From contig OX597828.1 of NCBI GenBank assembly GCA_951406725.2, positions 28,024,001-28,088,000 of the forward strand: a stretch of 64,000 nucleotides of DNA, given 5' to 3'. This DNA is from Octopus vulgaris (taxonomy: Eukaryota). Position numbers and translations under genes: made by a program. Below, piece after piece: positions 1 through 13,482 of this stretch. Position 1 is the stretch's first letter. Each line of letters opens with the position of its first letter. Below the pieces are notes generated by a model. The model was given only the letters and a program-made list of their open reading frames with translations. It made no database searches and was not told the origin of the DNA.

Positions 1-92
1 CATCATCCGTGTCATCATTATCATCATTATTGGTGGTTGTTGAAGCTTCAGCGAGTAGTTTATGCACACTAAAATGATTCACAAAAGCTCAT

Positions 93-138
<46 letters not shown>

Positions 139-1138
139 TTATATTTCATCAACTTTCAATGAAACCATTCGTGTTTGCACATGCATATGCACACACACAC
201 ACACATCCATGCACACACACACACACACTTACACACACACACAAGCACTTGTAGAAACATATATATATATGTGTGTGTAAACATGTCTATGTTTCTATCT
301 CGACGTGTATGTATATGTGAATGTACGTGTAGCCTTATGAAAACACAACACATACACGTGCACACACACATAGGCACATACACAATTTAATAATAAAATT
401 TCCTTATATTTACACGCTGCTAATACATCAAATTTTCCTGACTTTGACTCTGAGACAAACATTAAATCACAATTTTACTGTACTTACACAATATTTATTG
501 CAGTAGTCATAAATAGATTCTTATTAATATGCAAATGCTGGTGAGACTCCATTATTGTGCAATCTCTTTGAAATATTTTGTGTAAATTTTTATGAATGTG
601 AGGGAATAAAATTTATTAAAAAAATGATTGGTTTAATTTTAAAATGATCCTACTGTAGGTTTCTAGAGCAGGATTCCTTTACATACTGGACATTTTTATA
701 TCATTAAATATATACATATATGTGTGTGTGTGTGTGTGTACATGTATGTGAGCATATATATGTAAATGTATTATTTTTTTATATATCTATATGGTTTTTT
801 TATTTCATATATACATACATGTACACACACATACACATATATATGTGCATATATCTGTGTGTGTGTATGTGTATGTATGTCTATGTATGTATGTATGTAT
901 GTATGTATGTATGTATGTATGTATGTCCATGCCCTTTTGTGAGATATATGTTTTTAAAAATAAGCTGTTCACCAATGAGTTTGTGGTGTCAGTGTCTATA
1001 TCTATACCCATCTATTTAGCTGCACAAATGTATAAATATATATATATATATATATGAATCTTTAAATATTATGTATGTGTGTGTTTATGCAAATATATAT
1101 AGACTTGTGTGAAATATAATGTACACATAATTTTGAGA

Positions 1139-1183
<45 letters not shown>

Positions 1184-1244
1184 ATATATGTGTATGTATA
1201 TATATATGTATGTATATATATATATATGTATGTATATATATATG

Positions 1245-1322
<78 letters not shown>

Positions 1323-1619
1323 CTCTTCTTTATCACCTTATATCTGCTTCCTATGTTGCTGTAAGTTGATGATGTGTTAGTGATGTGCTATCATTGTCTG
1401 AGTCATCTCGTATCAGGAGCTGCTACTCTCACAGACATCGCATCCACAGCTGCATACCCTTCCTATTGGCAACCACTTTAAAGAGTTTACCATTTCCAGT
1501 TCCTCCATGCGTCAGCATTAGAGTTGTCTTTGGTCGTAGGCAAGACAATACTAAAGGCATCTTCGCTTTCTCCATTCAGTTGCCGACCACTTTGTACCGA
1601 GTGGCACCAGCGACGTTGC

Positions 1620-1850
1620 CACTCATGTTTGTGTGTGTTTGTGTCTGTTTGTCCCCCACTACCACTTGATACATAGCATTGGTGTTTACATCCCCACAAC
1701 CTAGTGGTTCAGCAAAAAGAGAGTGAGGGAATAAGTACCAGGCTTAACCTAAATAAATATTGAAGTTGATTCATTTCACTGAAATAATTCTTCATGGTGG
1801 TGGTCCAGCATGGCTACAGTCTAATGGCTGAAACAAGTAAAAGATAAACG
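1620..1850 (+). mobile_element. 3' half of SINE family A, decayed
   Basis: Matches the 3' half of the copy at 34441 (gtgtctgtttgtcccc...ccagcatggc...gaaacaagtaaaag). Confidence 0.7.
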
Positions 1851-1867
1851 ATACACACACACGTGTG

Positions 1868-1922
<55 letters not shown>

Positions 1923-1924
<2 letters not shown>

Positions 1925-2014
1925 GTCAAAGGCTTTCTCCATATATATCATCATCATCGTTTAAAGCGGACGTTAAACGATGATGATGATATATATGGAG
2001 AAAGCCTTTGACAG
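1923..2014. repeat. Perfect 42-bp inverted repeat with 8-nt spacer at a LINE 5' junction
   Basis: 1923-1964 is the exact reverse complement of 1973-2014; spacer agcggacg. Confidence 0.95.
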
Positions 2015-3295
2015 GGACTCCTGATCCCTTATCTGGTGGTCAATGTGGAAACTGGAGATAGACAAGTGATTGGTAAGAGCTGTACAAGTCCTGTACATGG
2101 ATGCTGTCAGTATGGTAAGGGTTGGCAACGAGTATAGTGAAGAATTCTGAGTAGAAGTAGGGTTCACCAGGTATCACTCCTCATTCCCCTCTTATTCTTT
2201 ATAGTCTTCCAGGCAATAACAGAGGAATTCAAGACAGGCTGCCCCTGGGAGCTCCTTTATGCTGATGACTTAACTCTAATACCTGAGTCACTGCTAGAAC
2301 TAGAGACAAAGTTTAGGATGTGGAAGCAAGGTCTAGAATTGAAGGGCCTTATGGTTAACCTAGCAAAAACCAAAGTCTTAGTAAGTAGGAAGACTGTCAT
2401 ATCACAAACCCCTTCAGGTAGATGGCCCTGGTCGACTTGTAAAAAGGCATGGGTAGAAACTCCATACGATGTACCCAGTGTAAGTTATGGGCATATAAAA
2501 GGTGCAGCAATATCAAAGAAAGGTTAACCAGGAAGATAGTTTTTGTGTGTGGCAGATGCACAGGGGCAATAAACACTGAAGATGTACAGAAAACAGATTC
2601 CATCACATGCCAGGAGGAAAAAAACTAGAAGTAGTTGATAGCTTCTACTACCTAGGCAACCAGGTCTGTACTGGAGGTGGTTCCTCTGAGAGTGTAACGG
2701 CTAGAATAAGAATAGCCTGGGCAAAGTTCAGGGAGCTCTTACCTCTGCTGGCAACTAAAGGCCTCTCGCTCAGGATGAAAGGTAGACTGTATGATGCATG
2801 TGTACGAACTGCCATGCTACACAGTAGTGAAACATGGGCCATGACTGCTGAGGATATGCATAGGCTTGTAAGAAATGAAGCTAGTATAATCTACTGGATG
2901 TGTATTGTTAGTGTGCACACACAAGAGAGTATAAACACCCTGAGAGAAAATTTAGGTATAAGAAGCATCAAATGTGATGTGCAAGAGAGATGACTGCACC
3001 GGTATGATCATATGTTACGTATGGATGAGGATAGCTGTGTGAGGAAGTGCCACTCCCTAACTGTGGCAGGAACCTGTGGAAGAGGTAGACCCAGGAAGAC
3101 ATGAGATGAGGTGGTGAAGCATGACCTTCAAACATTGGGCCTCACAGAAGCAATGACAGGTGACCAAGACCTTTGGAGATATGCTGTGATTGAGAAGACC
3201 CTGCAACTAAAGTGAGATCACAGCCATGCATGTCTGGTCCAGTTAAGAGTACCCCTGATGTGTCGAGCGATATGATATGCCTGAGAAGACCTGTT
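1995..3295 (+). mobile_element. 5'-truncated, decayed RTE-clade non-LTR retrotransposon (reverse transcriptase pseudogene plus start of 3' UTR)
   Basis: Translation across frameshifts and stops: MEKAFDR, GVHQ.SLL.PLLF, CPWELLYADDL (YADD at 2258-2269), a Cys-rich PHD-like insert, LEVVDSFYYLG, ARIRIAWAKFRELLPLL, KGRLYDACVRTAMLHSSETW and GRGRPRKT. Confidence 0.92.
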
Positions 3296-3489
3296 TCACA
3301 TGACCGTCTATCACACAGTTGCATAAGACTATATATATAGTTCCATTCCATGGCATGTTGGCCAGCTCTTTTCTGTTATAGCTCTGGACTAACCAAAGGC
3401 TTGTGACTGGATTCGGCAGATGGAGATTGTAAGATGTCTATTGTATATATATATATATATATATATAAGTTCAGCATATATATAAGATG

Positions 3490-3653
3490 AATATGGTACT
3501 TAAGTCAAATGCACCAGAATTTTGTATGGTATTTTCCATATAAATCCATGAGGTGATTATAATCAAAATAAGCAACAAGTATATCCAAGGTAATGTGGTA
3601 CGATCGTTTCATGCTACTTCATTTTATTAAACACTGTAAGTATTACATTGTTC

Positions 3654-3655
<2 letters not shown>
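3490..3655 (-). repeat. Interspersed repeat (possibly a Penelope-like terminal remnant), with a second copy at ~56040-56225
   Basis: Reverse-complement similarity to 56040-56225 (gaaacgatcgtac...ttgcttattttgatt...cttaagtaccatattcatct). The Penelope label is an inference. Confidence 0.55.
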
Positions 3656-3698
<43 letters not shown>

Positions 3699-3869
3699 GT
3701 TTGTGTGGGTAGAGCTATAGTAGAAGACATTTGCCCAAGGTGTCATGCAGTGGGATTGAACTCAACATAGCTGCAAAGTAAGCTTCCTAACCCCACACCC
3801 ATCCCTGCACCTCTCTTCTTTTCTTGTTCATAGTTTTCCCATTAATAATATTTCCTATGTCACTATATA

Positions 3870-4050
3870 TGTCCTTTTGGAGGAAAAATCAGGATATTAA
3901 CACCTGAACAGTTTATGACTGTCCTGCTGGGAAGAATTAGAAAGAAAAGACTGTGCCAATTCCATTAGAATTGAAGGAGCATCATAATTCGAAGAATTAA
4001 ACACATTTTACAAAGAATAAAAGTGAAATGAAGGAACATTTTGAATTTGT
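3870..4050 (+). mobile_element. Possible Tc1/mariner transposase C-terminal remnant
   Basis: Degenerate translation ending in a G.HFE-like motif (ggaacattttgaa). Weak. Confidence 0.3.
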
Positions 4051-4094
4051 GTGTCATCCATTAAAATGATTTGAATCTGTAAACACTGTGTGAA

Positions 4095-4450
4095 AGTGTG
4101 ACTGTGAGGTTAAAAAAGTTCACATTGCAACCATATAGAATTGAGTTCAATCTCACTGTTCAGCACCTTGGGACAATTATCTCCTCCTGTAGCTCTGGGC
4201 TGAGCAATGCCCTGTGAGTGACTTTGGTGAATGAAAACTGTTTGGAAGCCCATCATATGTGTGTGTGTGTGTGTGCATGTCTTTGTACCCTCCACCTCTT
4301 CACAGCTAGTGTTGGTTTGTTTGTATTCTTGTAATTTAGTGGTTTGAGAACTAAAAAAAAGTATACGTACTGGGGTTGATTTTTCCACTAACCCTTTCAA
4401 GGTGATGCCCCAGATTGGCCACAGCCAAATGTCCAAAGCAAGTAAACGAT
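4095..4450 (+). mobile_element. SINE family A, old copy
   Basis: Colinear similarity to the copy at 34441-34838. Confidence 0.65.
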
Positions 4451-4549
4451 AAACAATAGATAATAAAAGACGTCATTGAATCACTCGACCATTTATGTAT
4501 ACATTGAATTCTTTGAAAATAATTTTATACACAAACAGTTATTGTCTTT

Positions 4550-4940
4550 TAGCTTCTACTTGTTTCAGTCATTGGACAGCAGCCCTGTTGGGCCGCTGCC
4601 CTGAAGGCTTCACTCAAGCAATGCAACCTCGATACTTATTTTTCTTAAAGCTCAGTATTTATTCTATTGATATCTTTTGCTGAACCACAAAGTCACAGGA
4701 ACATAAACAAATAGTTATAAAGCAGTGGTGGGGGATGAACACAAATGCAAGACACACACACATGCACATGCAAGCACACACACACACACACACAAGATTC
4801 CACACAGTTTCCTTCTGCCAAATCCATTCGTATACTACTGGTCAACTGAGGGTTGTAGTGGAAGACATTTGGCCGATGTGCCATGCTATAGGACTGAACA
4901 TGAATCCACATAGTTGCAAAGCCAGTTTCTTAACCCCATG
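4550..4940 (-). mobile_element. SINE family A, old copy
   Basis: Reverse-complement similarity to 34441-34838 (tacttgtttcagtcatt...gaagacatttgg...gggactgaac-like). Confidence 0.7.
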
Positions 4941-5764
4941 TTTATGCAACTATTGAGAGAATACAAGAGAAGCTGTGAAGACGAATGCAAAAGAAGTGTT
5001 TTGTTGCATAATTATGAATCCGTCGCTCTTTTAGAATCATTTCGTTTCTTTCAGATGCATGGTAAATTATTAATTAAATTGCTCCAGTGAAACCTCATTG
5101 AAAACTAAATACTAAAAACTCACTTCACAGAAACAACATTTTTCTGCAGTTTATTTGTTTGCTACAAGATAGCAACATTTGGAAAAAAAAAAAAAAACAA
5201 AGAAAATCAACCAAGTACTTAACTGTCTTTGAAAAATGGATATTATGTGTTTAAACTAAATATACATTCATGACTATACATGAGAAAGGATAAATTCTTA
5301 TGTGATAAATTATGTATTCATATTGTCATATTGTTTACACAGGACAACAAAGAAGTTTTATAACAATATAATGTTATACATGTACAGTATACTTATATTT
5401 TCGTCTAGTAATTTTCCTTCATTTAGCCAGTAATTACATAGAAAGTATTCGTTCATCGTTTTTAAATTGTGCTTTACATCTGATAGGATCAAAACTCTTT
5501 CTACTGTCTTTGTAATCTTAAAGCGATAGGAATTTTTACTTTTTTTTTTTTTTTACTTAAATCTCACAAACACTATCTCATTATATAGCATATTTAGATA
5601 GGGTATTCATGTATTAACTCACTTAGGGTTTGTTTCATCTAATGAGCTCATAACCAGTTTTTAATATGTAAGTAAATATTATGCCAGAGATGGATAGCAT
5701 AATTAGCTATTAATTAGTATCATATGCTGTAGAATGTGAATTCAATTCAGTTCATACAGCTTAG

Positions 5765-6140
5765 AGACATGAGTGTGTGGTTAAGAAGGCTCACTTTGGA
5801 ATCTCATGGTTTCAGGTTCAGACCCACTACGCAGCACCTTGGACAAGTGTCTTCTACTATAGACCCTGGGCCAAATGGTACTTAGTGAGTGGATTTTGTT
5901 GATGGAAACTATATAGAAGCTTACATATATCCATGTGTATGTGTACCATTGTTCCTCACCACCACTTGGCATCTGGTGTTGGTTTGTTTACATCCCCTTA
6001 ACTTAGCAAAATAAATCAATAGAAATAAGCACCAAGCTTTAAAAGTAAGTGCTGGGAGTCAATTTGTTCAACTAAAACCCTTCAACAAGACATGGTGCCC
6101 CAGCATCGCCACAGTCCAATTACAGGAACAAGTAAAAGAA
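5765..6140 (+). mobile_element. SINE family A
   Basis: tRNA-like head (gtgtgtggttaagaag...ggttcagaccc), caccttggacaagtgtcttctactatag body, aacaagtaaaaga tail. Confidence 0.8.
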
Positions 6141-6144
6141 ATGA

Positions 6145-6157
6145 GTATATATATATG

Positions 6158-6188
<31 letters not shown>

Positions 6189-6214
6189 ATATGTATATGT
6201 ATATATGTATACAT

Positions 6215-6262
<48 letters not shown>

Positions 6263-6312
6263 ATATATTGTGTGTGTATATGTATATATATATATATATA
6301 TGTGTATATGTG

Positions 6313-6362
<50 letters not shown>

Positions 6363-6434
6363 CATGTATATATATGTATATATGTATATATATATATATA
6401 TACATGTATATATATATACATGTATATATATGTA

Positions 6435-6480
<46 letters not shown>

Positions 6481-6490
6481 CATGTATATA
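6145..6490. repeat. (AT)n/(ATGT)n compound microsatellite
   Basis: Direct reading. Similar tracts lie at 1140-1320, 8130-8370, 9035-9215, 9690-10180, 13900-14420, 30100-30445, 39975-40210, 50960-51220, 51730-51965, 57445-57570, 57790-58120 and 63080-63330. Confidence 0.95.
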
Positions 6491-6696
6491 CTTTGATTTT
6501 GGATTTGGTTTGAAAGATTCTTTATGTGAGTTTGTGAGTTGGCACTAAAAGAGAATGGATCTCCCCAGACACACCATAATACACATGCACACACACATAT
6601 GTATATAGATATATATATCTATACATACACACATACACATACATAGGTATTAATATATTTATTCTTATTTTTACCCTTTTTACTTTACCTTTATAT

Positions 6697-6915
6697 CATC
6701 ATCATCATTTAACGTCCACTTTCCATGCTGGACAGTTTGACCAAGAGCAGGCTCCAATCTGTTCTGGCAAGGTTTCTACAGCTGAATGCCCCTTCCTAAT
6801 GCCAACCACTCCAAGAATGTAGTGGGTGCTTTTTACATTCCACAGGCAAGGGAGCCACTCAGTAACACTGGCATTGACCATGCTTGAATGGAGCTTTTCA
6901 TGTGCCACTGGTACA
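6697..6915 (-). mobile_element. 3' end of RTE LINE 3' UTR
   Basis: catcatcatcatttaacgtccactttccatgc...gccccttcctaatgccaacc, the reverse of the tail at 7390-7540. Confidence 0.75.
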
Positions 6916-7038
6916 GGCAGTGAGTTGGCAGAAGCCTTAGCTCATTGGAAAAAAATGTTTCTATCATTTCTGAGTTCGAATTCTGCCAAAGATAACCTCC
7001 CTTTCCATCCTTTTTGGCATCAAGAAAATAAGCACCAG

Positions 7039-7540
7039 TTATGGAGATATGCTGTGATTGGGAAGATCCAGCTACTAAAGTGAGATCAGAGCTATAGTGT
7101 TGCATGTCTGGCCCAGTTAAGAGTACCCTTGATGTGTCAGGTGATGTAATATGCTTCAGAAGACCTGTTGAGTAAAACCAAAATTATAGCTGTGGTCAGT
7201 GCCCCCTGATTGGCTCCCGTTCCGGTGGCACGTAAAATGCATCATCCAAATGTGGTCGATGCCAGTGTCCCCTGATTGGCTCCTGTGCCAGTGGCACATA
7301 AAATGCACCATCTAAATGTGGTTGATGCCAAGCTCGCCTGACTAGCTCCTGTGCTGGTGACACATAAAAAGCACCCACTACACTCTCAGAATGGTTGGCA
7401 TTAGGAAGGGCATCCAGCTGTAGAAACATTGCCAGATCACATTGGAGCCTGGTGCAGCCTTCTGGCTTTCCAGACCTCAGTCAAACCATCCAACCCATGC
7501 CAGCATGGAAAACAGACATTAAACAATGATGATAATGATA
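7039..7540 (+). mobile_element. 5'-truncated RTE LINE: last codons plus 3' UTR with three ~65-bp repeats and (GAT)n tail
   Basis: 7039-7170 matches 3172-3295 (LWRYAVI...). It continues into gtggcacgtaaaa repeats and the ggaagggcatccagctgtagaaac...aaacaatgatgat tail. Confidence 0.85.
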
Positions 7541-8277
7541 ATTATACACTGGGGTTGCCTGACTAAGTCTCATACCATAAAATTTCAGACCTTGTGCCTA
7601 TTGTAGTATACATTATTATCATTATTAATAAGAAACTCAAATAAAAACCTCTAAAATTCACTTACTCAGGGTTTCCTGGCCAAATTATTGAATTTATTTT
7701 GCTATTTCCAAAGTTGGTAACATCAAGACAATGGGTTGGTAACTGCATTCGATTTAAGTGAAGTTTCAATGAGCGCTTGTCATTTGAACGAGACAGATAG
7801 GAACCAAGGGGAGATAATTAACTCTACAACAAATATAGGCAGTCTTTTACAAGTGGCAAAAATTTCATAAACCAACATTGGAATGGGTTAAGGTTTGTCT
7901 GGTGGTTTATCTTTAATTGCCATGAAAATATACTTTGTATATATATATATATATATCAATCAGGGTGCTACTCAAGGGGCCAAAGTTTTGTACCAATTCA
8001 TGAAAGTGAGGTCAATAAGTACATTGGAACAAAACTTTATACACTTGAGTTGTTGTCTTTCCTCAACAAATAAAAATACTTTGCTTTATGTATTGAGTTC
8101 TACTTCTTCCATTTGTAGAATCATATACAAACATATATGTGTGTGTATGTATATATATATATATGTGTGTGTGTGTGTATATATATGTGTATATACACAT
8201 GCACACAAACCCATATGTGTGCGTGTATATATGTGTATGTATGTATATATGTATATATATATATATATGTATGTATG

Positions 8278-8358
<81 letters not shown>

Positions 8359-9031
8359 GTTTGTACACACAAAGTGAGTCAAGTCGCAATCATTTAGTGA
8401 CATGGAGGATGCAAGTGAAATACATTTTTGAATGCATAAATGAATGCACAATGCTGTGCGCAGTGCGGATACATGCACTGTGCTGATATCCACAGATTGT
8501 TTAGTATGAGAATTAAGATAATTCCTCTTCGGGGGATTTCCACTTGCATAGTCTGTAGTTTTCTTAGATGTCATCGTTGCACAAGCATGTATTCAATTTT
8601 TTTTTTTTTTTTTTTTTTTTTTGCGATTTTCACCCGGAGAGGAAAAAAAAAAAATCATAATAATAATAAAAATAAAAAGTAAATAAAAATCACTGAAGAG
8701 CGAATGTATCGAAAGTATTCTTCTGTGAGGAAAGACGAAAGGCAATGACTTTGAAGCAATTCTGTAGAATATGGTGTATTCTGTTTGTCCCTATGTCACT
8801 TCTGCGATACCGGAAGATTTTATTGTTTGTCATGGGACTATTGATTTATCAGTAATAGTCAATATTAGCTAATGGGACCGAGGAGAGCTCACAAGATTCT
8901 TTTTTTTTTTTCTTTCTCTTTCCTTTTGCTTTCTGTCTTTTGCCCACTCTCTATTCTATTTCTTTCCCTCTTGTTTGCTTTATTTAGCTCTCTCTTTTTC
9001 TCTCTCTCCCTCTCTCTGTACATACACACAC

Positions 9032-9064
<33 letters not shown>

Positions 9065-9092
9065 TATATATATATATATATATATGTATATG

Positions 9093-9143
<51 letters not shown>

Positions 9144-9159
9144 ATGTGTATATGTATGT

Positions 9160-9217
<58 letters not shown>

Positions 9218-9501
9218 GCTTATGTTTGTATCTGTTTACAAAGTGGACCTGTTTCTTCTGTTTACACTGCTACACACATTCTACAGAAATTAAAATATGT
9301 GTCAAAGATATTGTTTTATTTCAGCTACTTCTTCAATATCACATTTCCAAATTTTTTTCATCTAATGAAAAAACTGTTTAAAAACAAAAAAGAACATAAA
9401 TTCTTCAAAATAGAGTTAAAATGGAAAAAGGCTATCATCATCTTCATCATTATCATCATAATCGTCGTCATCATTGTCATCATCATGAATCTTAACTATT
9501 G

Positions 9502-9548
<47 letters not shown>

Positions 9549-9684
9549 TGCACATATATGTATGCCTGTCGGTCTATATATAGACAGATAGATTGACAAA
9601 CAGGCAGACAGATATTTTTAATTCAACAAGACCTAGTTGATTCATAAAAGGTTGTGTGTTTTTTTCTGCATGTGTGTGTGTATG

Positions 9685-9729
<45 letters not shown>

Positions 9730-9791
9730 CTATGTATATATATATATTTATATATGTATATATATGTATGTAATAGTATATATATATATAT

Positions 9792-9831
<40 letters not shown>

Positions 9832-9892
9832 CTATGTATATGTATGTTTATATATGTGTATGTATATATATATATATATATATGTATTTATC

Positions 9893-9929
<37 letters not shown>

Positions 9930-9936
9930 TTATCTA

Positions 9937-9978
<42 letters not shown>

Positions 9979-10604
9979 CTATGTATATATATATATATAT
10001 GTATCTATGTATATATATATATATATGTTTATATATGTATATATATATATATGTTTATATATGTATATATATATATATGTTTATATATGTATATATATAT
10101 ATATATGTTTATATATGTATATATATTTATATATGTATATATATGCATGCATATGTATATATATATGTGTGTGTGTGTATGTATGTCATTTCTGTATGCT
10201 TGTTTTTATCCACAGTTGCCTTCTGAGAGAAATGTTGTTCATTTTTTTAAGCAATATTCTGTTTACAAGCAGTGTCCTTTATGAAGTGGGTCACTTGGAA
10301 TAAATTTGCTGTTGTTCCTTCTGTGGTCAGCAGTGGTGATGTATTATGCAGTAGTTCTGTGTTTTTAATGGAATTAATCCTAATAAATTAAATAATTTAC
10401 TTTGTGGAAAAACCAAAACTGATCCATGGTAAATAACAATTTCAAATAATCTGCAATCTTGGTTTTGATTAATAATTCCTGCAATGACTTGGTCCCTGAA
10501 GAAGTTGATTTGACCGGTGTTAATTGACTTATAAAATATCAAATCTCATCAATAATAATAAAGATGATAATGTTATTATTATTGTTGTTGTTGTTGTTAT
10601 TACT

Positions 10605-11300
10605 GAAGTGGGCAAGCTGGCAGAATCATTAGCAAGCAGGATGAAATGCTTAGTGGTATTTTGCCCATCGCTACGTTCTGAGTTCAAATTCCACCGAGGT
10701 TGACTTTGCCTTTCATTCTTTTGGGGCCAATAAAATTAGTACCAGTTGAAGACTGGGGTCGATGTAATCAATTCATCCTCTGCCCCAAAATTGCTGCCCT
10801 TGTGGCAAAATTTGAAACCATTATTATTATTATTATTATTATTAAGTCAGGTGAGCTGACAGAACCGTTAAGACACTGGGTGAAGTGCTTAGCATTTTGT
10901 CTGTCTTTATGTTCCGAGTTCAAATTCTGCTGAGGCCGACTTTGCCTTTCATCCTTTCAGGGTCAATAAAATGAGTACCATTTGAACACTGTGGTTGATA
11001 TATTTGACTAGCCCTTCCCCTAAAATTTCAGCCCTTGTGCCAAAAAATTGAAATCATCATCATCATCATCATCATCATTATTATTATTAAGATGGTAAAC
11101 TGACAAAATTGTTAGCATGCCAGGCAAAATGCTTAGCGGCATTTCATCCAATTTTGTTCTGAGTTCAAATTCCCCTGGGGTCAACTTTGCCTTTCTCCTT
11201 TTAGGGGTCAGTGAAATAAGTACAAGTTGAGCACTGGGATCAATACAACCAACTGTCTCCACCCCCAAAATTGCATGCCTTGTGCCTATAATAGAAACGA
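10605..11300 (+). mobile_element. Three head-to-tail copies of SINE family B separated by (ATT)n/(CAT)n
   Basis: Each copy has gagctggcagaa...gttctgagttcaaattc...gactttgcctttcatcctt...aagtacc; starts at ~10607, ~10845 and ~11090. Confidence 0.85.
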
Positions 11301-11404
11301 TTCCTCTTCTTCTGATTATTATTATTATTATTATTAGTTTTTCGTTTTTTACTTTGCTTCCATTTCTAGCTGAGTGTCTTCCTGATAGCTATTATTGTCA
11401 TTAT

Positions 11405-11700
11405 TCGCCTAGTGGGTAGGGTGTTGCACTCACAATCACAAGATCATGGTTTCAATTCCTAGCCTGGGTGGTGTGTTATGGTTCTTGAGCAAAACTCTTC
11501 ATCTGACATTGCTCTGTGACCACTTCAACCTCTGATGCATAGTACACCGTTAACCTGTTCAGGTAACATCAATTTGATGGAGAGAGTGAGCTAATGTGTG
11601 GCATGAACATTTAATCACTGTGAACAAATCATTTGTGCATGTCGTTCGGTGAAAGCTGAATACTCGTAGATCATCTTTGAGAGGAGAGTCCATCATTCAG
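11405..11700 (+). mobile_element. tRNA-derived SINE (family C-like), decayed
   Basis: cctagtgggtaggg (A box), ggtttcaattcc (B box), ttcttgagcaaaactc core. Confidence 0.6.
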
Positions 11701-11711
11701 GTGGCAAGCTA

Positions 11712-12185
11712 CCAAAATCAAGACAGACAAGGTGTTAGAGTACCGAAGGTTGGGTATAGTAACCTTTAGGAGGGACAAACAAGAGTGCCTAATAATTGAC
11801 GTGGCAGTGCAAAATCAACATATTATCATGAAAGAAAGAGAAAATATTGATAAATATGGTGACCCAAGAACTAAGATCACTAAGATTTGGCAGCTACGAG
11901 AGTCAAGCATAAAGGTTATCCCTATTGTTATCAGAGCATTGAGTTCAATATCACCCAATCTGAAAAAAAACATCTGAAAACTTTAGAAATACCCTATAAT
12001 CTAGATGTATTGCAAAAGTTAGCATTACTTGGAACTGCATGCATATTGCGTAAAGTAGTGTTAGTCTGAGGTCCTTGTTGTGACTTGACAGACAGTACAA
12101 ACCCCCAACAGACACAATATCTTCAATCAACAACCTCACAGTATTGTATACTGTGCGACGTCTACTATAATAATAATAATAATAA
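11712..12185 (+). mobile_element. R4/Dong-type non-LTR retrotransposon 3' fragment (RLE domain), copy 1
   Basis: CLIIDVAV...KERENIDKY...IWQL...VIPIVIRAL; second frame LQKLALLGTACILRKV*; ends in (TAA)n. Confidence 0.8.
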
Positions 12186-12187
12186 CA

Positions 12188-12595
12188 GTGGTGGTGGACA
12201 AGGTGCATCACATATGCTATATAGTTGATGTTGCATACCCCTTTGACCCACAAATATTCAAGAAAGAAAGTAAAAAGTTAGATAAATACAACAATCTCAA
12301 GAATGAAATAGCCCGGCTATGGAAAATGAAGAAAGTGAAGATAGTGCCAATTATTATTGGGTCCTTGAGAACAGTATCAGAAGGAATCAAAGAGAATATC
12401 ATAGGAAATTGGAATAGAGTCCCCAGTAGAACTGTTACAAAAGGTTTGCCTCCATGGCACGGTCAGAATAATCAGGAAAGTATTAGATAGTTGAAAAGAA
12501 TGAATAGCATGGTGCCGTAGGCTGCGGGTAGTAAGCCCGCTACACATGGAAGACTCCATGAGTTCCAACAAAACCTGTGATGAAGAGAATATAAT
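12188..12595 (+). mobile_element. R4/Dong-type non-LTR retrotransposon 3' fragment (RLE domain), copy 2
   Basis: ICYIVDVAYPFD...KESKKLDKYNNLKNEIARLWKMKKVKIVPIIIGSL; begins directly after (TAA)n. Confidence 0.85.
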
Positions 12596-12734
12596 TTTGG
12601 GGAGGGGGACAGTCAATTACATCTACTCAAGTGCTTAGCTGGTATTTATATAAGGATGAAAGTCAAAGGCAGCCATGGCAAAATTTGAAGTTTGAATAAT
12701 AATAATAATAATAAGAAGAAGAAGAAGAATAGCA

Positions 12735-13482
12735 CCTGTAGAGTACAAATCAAAACATGACAGAGTTGGCTAATATCTACATTGGATAATGTGTCAGCAT
12801 TATAAAATTAAAACTACTGACAAATGGTACAAGCACCACCCTGAGACTATAACTGAGGGAAAAAATGCAACAATTCTTTGGGACTTGCCAATATGTACAG
12901 ACCGGACCATCAAAGCAAATAAACCAGGTATTGTTGTGAAAGACCAAAAGAATAAAGTCTGTTTATTAATTGACTTGCACATACCCTGTGACCATAATGT
13001 CTTGGCAAAAGAATTTGGTAAGTTCAGAAAATATAAAGATCTATTAATCGAAATCAAAAAGATGTGGCATCTCAAGAAGGTTACAATACCAGTGATTGTA
13101 GGAGCACTTGGAATGATCAAAAAAGGAACTAAAAATTATTTAAAGATGATCCCTGGCTTACCATCCATATAGGAAGTTCAAAAGATTGTCTTAACTGGTA
13201 TGTCACACATATTGAAAGAGAATTGTTGCTGTGAATTTTCTCCCCCCCCCCATTAATTTATTTGTTTACTTTTCTATTTCTTCTTTTTTCCTTTTTCTCT
13301 CTGTCTTCCCCTTTTTATCTATCACATGACCCTATAAATGAACAATCTGGTGTGTGTATTTTAATGGCCTACCAATGTACACAATACGTTTCTGGGCCCT
13401 AGGTGTCAGGAAGACACTCAGCAAGAAATGGAAACAGAATTGAATGAAGATGCTAATGAAAATGATAATAATAATAATAATA
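12735..13482 (+). mobile_element. R4/Dong-type non-LTR retrotransposon 3' fragment (RLE domain plus 3' UTR), copy 3
   Basis: YKSKHDRVG (RHD-like motif), KWYKHHPE, ILWDLPICTDRTIKANKPGIVV (PD-like), LLIDLHIP, KFRKYKDL, IPVIVGALG; 3' UTR ending in (TAA)n. Confidence 0.9.

Noticed and set aside
2607-2993. Functional 128-aa protein
   Set aside because: It is an internal piece of the decayed RTE ORF, bounded by frameshifts and stops.
8380-8574. Minus-strand [22 protein letters not shown]... as a coding exon
   Set aside because: No recognisable homology, no clear splice donor, and it runs into a microsatellite.
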